Assembly: GCA_019323015.1 (NCBI GenBank)
Contig: JAHWHY010000003.1
Location: 29,654-93,653, forward strand
DNA: 64,000 nucleotides
Direction of reading: 5' to 3'
From: Candidatus Woesearchaeota archaeon
Lineage (GTDB): Archaea > Nanobdellota > Nanobdellia > Woesearchaeales > ARS49
This document shows, in pieces, positions 61,263-64,000 of the stretch. A model generated the notes under the pieces. That model made no database searches and was not told where the DNA came from. It was given only the letters and a program-made list of their open reading frames with translations. How positions within the stretch are numbered: the stretch's first letter is position 1; the number at the start of each line of letters is the position of its first letter. A program made the position numbers and the translations under genes.

Positions 61263-62207
61263 ATGTCCATTTTCATGTTTCCAGGACAGGCTGCCCAGAT
61301 TCAGGCACCTGAAAGGGCATTAGTGACTACCTCTACTGAGCATATTTATTCTGCTTTTGATACTGTCATGCAAGAAAGATATGGCATCCATAATTTTTCT
61401 CAAACAAAAATTTTTAGTGAAGATTCAAGCGTGACTTTTAATCCTTCTGAGAGTCAGGCTGCTAATTTTGTGAACAGCCTGGCAAGAGCTATTATTGAGG
61501 AAGAGGAAAAAGGCAGGCAGTGTGATGTATGTGTGGGTGATTCTGCTGGCGAGCACTCTATGATTGCTTTTGCAGGAGTGCATGGCGACAGAAAAGACCC
61601 TCAGACAGTCAGGCAGGGCATTGAAATTATGCTTAACCGCGGTGAATTATATGCTCAGTGCAGGCCGAATGGTGAAGCTCCCACAAGAGAAAGGCCGTAT
61701 ACTATTATGTTTGTTGGTATTGAAAAAGCCCTGCTTGAAGATGCTGTTGCACAGATCCCTCCTGAATTAGGAAAAGCATGGGTTTCAAAAAGCAATGATG
61801 CTAAAAGTAATGGTATTGGGGGAGAGATTCTTGCTGTCAAGTTTGCTGCTGATTATCTTGTTAGAGAGTATGATGTTCCTAGAAGATATTGCATTCCTGT
61901 TCTTACAGATGCTCCTGTTCACACTCCTTTGATGGAAAGAGCAAGAAGAGGCATGGAAAAAACACTTGCGCCTGTTAAGTTTCATCAGCCTAATAAAAAA
62001 GTTATTATGATGTATTCTGGCAAACAAGAAACAGATCCTTCAAAGATTAAGCAGTGCCTCACTGGAATCATTGACACAACTGCGGACTTTAACAGGAGCA
62101 TTGTTCATGCTGTAAGCATGGGTTTTAAGGATGTTGTTCTTGCAACTGTCTGCAAAATGTACAAAAAAATGATAAAAAGAAGAAAAGATGTTAAGCCTGT
62201 TGACTAA
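61263..62207 (+). CDS. FabD-like (malonyl-CoA:ACP transacylase fold) acyltransferase with variant active-site motif
   Basis: FMFPGQAAQ (compare FPGQGSQ), GDSAGEHSMIAFAGV (compare GHSLGEYSAL), APVHTPLM (compare SHCxLM). Confidence 0.6.
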   Translation: MSIFMFPGQAAQIQAPERALVTTSTEHIYSAFDTVMQERYGIHNFSQTKIFSEDSSVTFNPSESQAANFVNSLARAIIEEEEKGRQCDVCVGDSAGEHSMIAFAGVHGDRKDPQTVRQGIEIMLNRGELYAQCRPNGEAPTRERPYTIMFVGIEKALLEDAVAQIPPELGKAWVSKSNDAKSNGIGGEILAVKFAADYLVREYDVPRRYCIPVLTDAPVHTPLMERARRGMEKTLAPVKFHQPNKKVIMMYSGKQETDPSKIKQCLTGIIDTTADFNRSIVHAVSMGFKDVVLATVCKMYKKMIKRRKDVKPVD

Positions 62208-62527
62208 ATTTTTTCAAGGATAGCGTCTATCTTTTCTTTAAGAGCGTCTTTTTCCATTGAGCCCACTATTCTGTCTACTTCTTCTCCTTTGTTGAAAACA
62301 ATTAAACAAGGGATTCCCCTGACACTGAATTGGCCTGCAAACTCTTGGTTATTTTCTACATTTAGTTTTGCAAACTTTAGCTTTCCTTCATAGTCTTTGC
62401 TTGTTTCCTCAAACACTGGCGCCATTGCCATGCATGGCCCGCACCAGCTTGCCCAGAAGTCTACTATTACCGGCGTATCAGCGTTTTTTACTTCTTTTTC
62501 AAAATTATCTTTTGTCAGTTCTAACAT
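62204..62527 (-). CDS. trxA: thioredoxin
   Basis: VDFWASWCGPCM active site, GIPCLIVF; 107 aa. Confidence 0.9.
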   Translation of the reverse strand: MLELTKDNFEKEVKNADTPVIVDFWASWCGPCMAMAPVFEETSKDYEGKLKFAKLNVENNQEFAGQFSVRGIPCLIVFNKGEEVDRIVGSMEKDALKEKIDAILEKI

Positions 62528-63053
62528 TTTTTGTCTCCCTCCGTTTTATCAAGTATTTTTTTTGATCTTTATCAAGGTCTGTGAATTCATCTGCTTCATC
62601 TTTCACTAGTTTTGATGCGCTCTTGCCAAATGCAACTACCTCTGCTCTGCATCCTTGTGCTCTTCTTAGGTGCTGCAATAAAGGCTGGAAGTCTCCATCT
62701 CCTGACACTATTACAACAGTGTCTAATCTTGGCGCTAGTTCTATTGCATCCATTGCTATTCCTACATCCCAGTCTCCTTTTTTTGCTCCGCCTGCAAATA
62801 TCTGAAGTTCTTTTCCTTTGACCTCAAAACCTATTTTTGTCAAGGCATCAAAAAATGCCTCTCTTTTTGCTTCTTCTGTCTTGATTACATAGGCTATTGC
62901 TCTGACAAGTGTTCTTCCTTTCACAGCTGCCTCTAGTATTGCCTTGAAATTCGCTTTTGCATTGTACATGAATTTAGCGCTGTAGAACATGTTTTGCACG
63001 TCTACAAAAACCCCTATTCTTTGGGCTTTTGGGCTTCTTAATTGTACTGTCAT
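62505..63053 (-). CDS. NYN-domain (LabA/DUF88-like) protein
   Basis: IGVFVDVQNMFYS, DVGIAMD, VIVSGDGDFQPLLQHLR. Confidence 0.8.
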   Translation of the reverse strand: MTVQLRSPKAQRIGVFVDVQNMFYSAKFMYNAKANFKAILEAAVKGRTLVRAIAYVIKTEEAKREAFFDALTKIGFEVKGKELQIFAGGAKKGDWDVGIAMDAIELAPRLDTVVIVSGDGDFQPLLQHLRRAQGCRAEVVAFGKSASKLVKDEADEFTDLDKDQKKYLIKRRETKNVRTDKR

Positions 63054-63145
63054 ATCAATTCACCTTTTGTTGTTTGGTTATTGGTTTGTAGTTAGTGGTT
63101 TGTAGTTATTTGGTTATTCGGAGTTCGGTATTCGACAACTACTTA

Positions 63146-63337
63146 CTACCTACTACTTACTTTCTTAACACAATATTCAAATCCGCAGTTTGTGCACCTG
63201 AAGCATCCTTTCTCTACATCAAATTCTAGTGTTGGTTTCATGCACTTCGGGCACCTGCTTTTTGTTGGAGGTATCTCTACCTTGGTATTAAGCTTTTCAT
63301 CCATCTCTTTTTTCCATTTCTCAAGTAAGTCATCCAT
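63146..63337 (-). CDS. small zinc-ribbon protein
   Basis: CPKC...CTNC four-Cys ribbon. Confidence 0.5.
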   Translation of the reverse strand: MDDLLEKWKKEMDEKLNTKVEIPPTKSRCPKCMKPTLEFDVEKGCFRCTNCGFEYCVKKVSSR

Positions 63338-63372
63338 AAGAAAGAGCTATAAAGTAGAGTATAAAAATGTTT

Positions 63373-64000
63373 TTATTTGCCGGCAGCATACCTCTCAATA
63401 TATACTTTGGGCACGATTAGCTCGCTTTGCTTTAACTGCAGTTCTCTGGCAGAGTCATAGAAAAGATTGAAAAATTCCCCTAAAGTCTTGAGTTTAAGAA
63501 CTTTCTTTGAGACACTTTTGTGAATATCTTCTGGAATCTCGTTTTCTCTCAGCAAATCACCCATGCGAACATCTCCTCGGGTTTCTGCTCTTTTTTTCAT
63601 TTCAGCAAGTGCAATTATCTTGAATAAAAGAGGGCCTTGTGCATAAGGAGAAAGTATTTCTTCTGTCTTTAGGTCGCTTCCAGAACATTTCCTGCCAGGA
63701 TACATATCTAAAAGCTCTAAATGCTTTGCAAATTTTTTGTATGTCATTGTTTTTTGGTTGTTGCAATAATTTAGAACCTCTGTTAGCGTGTCTGTGTGCC
63801 TTGCAAGGCGTTCACGGAAAAAACGCTCAGGAGAAGCTGTAAAGTCTTCTTCAGGTAAAGTCTTGTCAAACTCAAAAAAAGTTCTGTCAAATGAGGCAAA
63901 TCCCTCTGTTCTTGTATCAAACAGATATTTTAAAAAATAATTCTTTAGATTGACTGAAGCAACATCAAGTTCGCCTTTCTTATTTTTCTTTACTCTGTAA
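63373..64000 (-). CDS. hypothetical protein, 5'-partial (the frame stays open to the window edge beyond the track Met at 63747)
   Basis: The frame reads ...DTRTEGFASFDRTFFEFDKTLPEEDF...NNQKTMTYKKFAKHLE... without a stop from 63999 down to 63373. Confidence 0.5.
   Translation of the reverse strand, partial: YRVKKNKKGELDVASVNLKNYFLKYLFDTRTEGFASFDRTFFEFDKTLPEEDFTASPERFFRERLARHTDTLTEVLNYCNNQKTMTYKKFAKHLELLDMYPGRKCSGSDLKTEEILSPYAQGPLLFKIIALAEMKKRAETRGDVRMGDLLRENEIPEDIHKSVSKKVLKLKTLGEFFNLFYDSARELQLKQSELIVPKVYIERYAAGK

Overview
AT-rich archaeal chromosome fragment. The archaeal assignment rests on ribosomal proteins L15e and L10e, an ATP-dependent DNA ligase, TrmB and Lrp/AsnC regulators, an archaeal-type TIM, recurrent BRE/TATA promoters (consensus about CGAAAGCTTTATAA) and GAGGTGA-type Shine-Dalgarno sites. 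The compact gene style and the many small membrane and surface proteins suggest a DPANN-like organism (Woesearchaeota/Pacearchaeota-type); that lineage call is inference only. I call about 85 CDS. I found no rRNA, tRNA, CRISPR array, integrase or transposase. Housekeeping content: a ferritin-like protein plus SOD; DNA repair genes (Ogg, UvdE, ligase); a bacterial-type grpE-dnaK-dnaJ operon with HAD and HD genes inserted; PfkB kinase, TIM and dPGM; thioredoxin, DsbA, Maf, two Nudix proteins, an M16 peptidase and a ZIP transporter. The most unusual region is about 17.6-37.4 kb. (1) A 2.2-kb methyltransferase+TrmB block is bracketed by duplicated 3' ends of an HTH regulator gene and carries a relic of an Lrp gene. 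(2) A five-gene, translationally coupled minus-strand operon (26289-19824) encodes an acidic protein with repeated LPF motifs, an Lrp/AsnC regulator, a Hanks Ser/Thr kinase, an unusually long MoxR-like AAA+ ATPase and an HExxH+vWA(MIDAS) protein; this is my best candidate for an undescribed NTP-dependent signalling or conflict system. (3) Next to it lie an AbrB-PhoU regulator and an 869-aa cytoplasmic LRR protein fused to a kinase-like (APH/ePK) domain. (4) A coupled gene pair encodes a 1422-aa sequon-rich surface protein (cadherin-like, PKD and beta-helix-like regions) and an 846-aa secreted partner. Other second-look items: a short SPASM-less radical SAM enzyme with viperin-like motif order coupled to a cupin; a type IV pilin-like operon; a duplicated 3' end of the ligase gene with a 42-bp perfect repeat; and several recurrent intergenic hairpin or repeat motifs. 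All family calls come from motifs read in the translations. No database search was possible.
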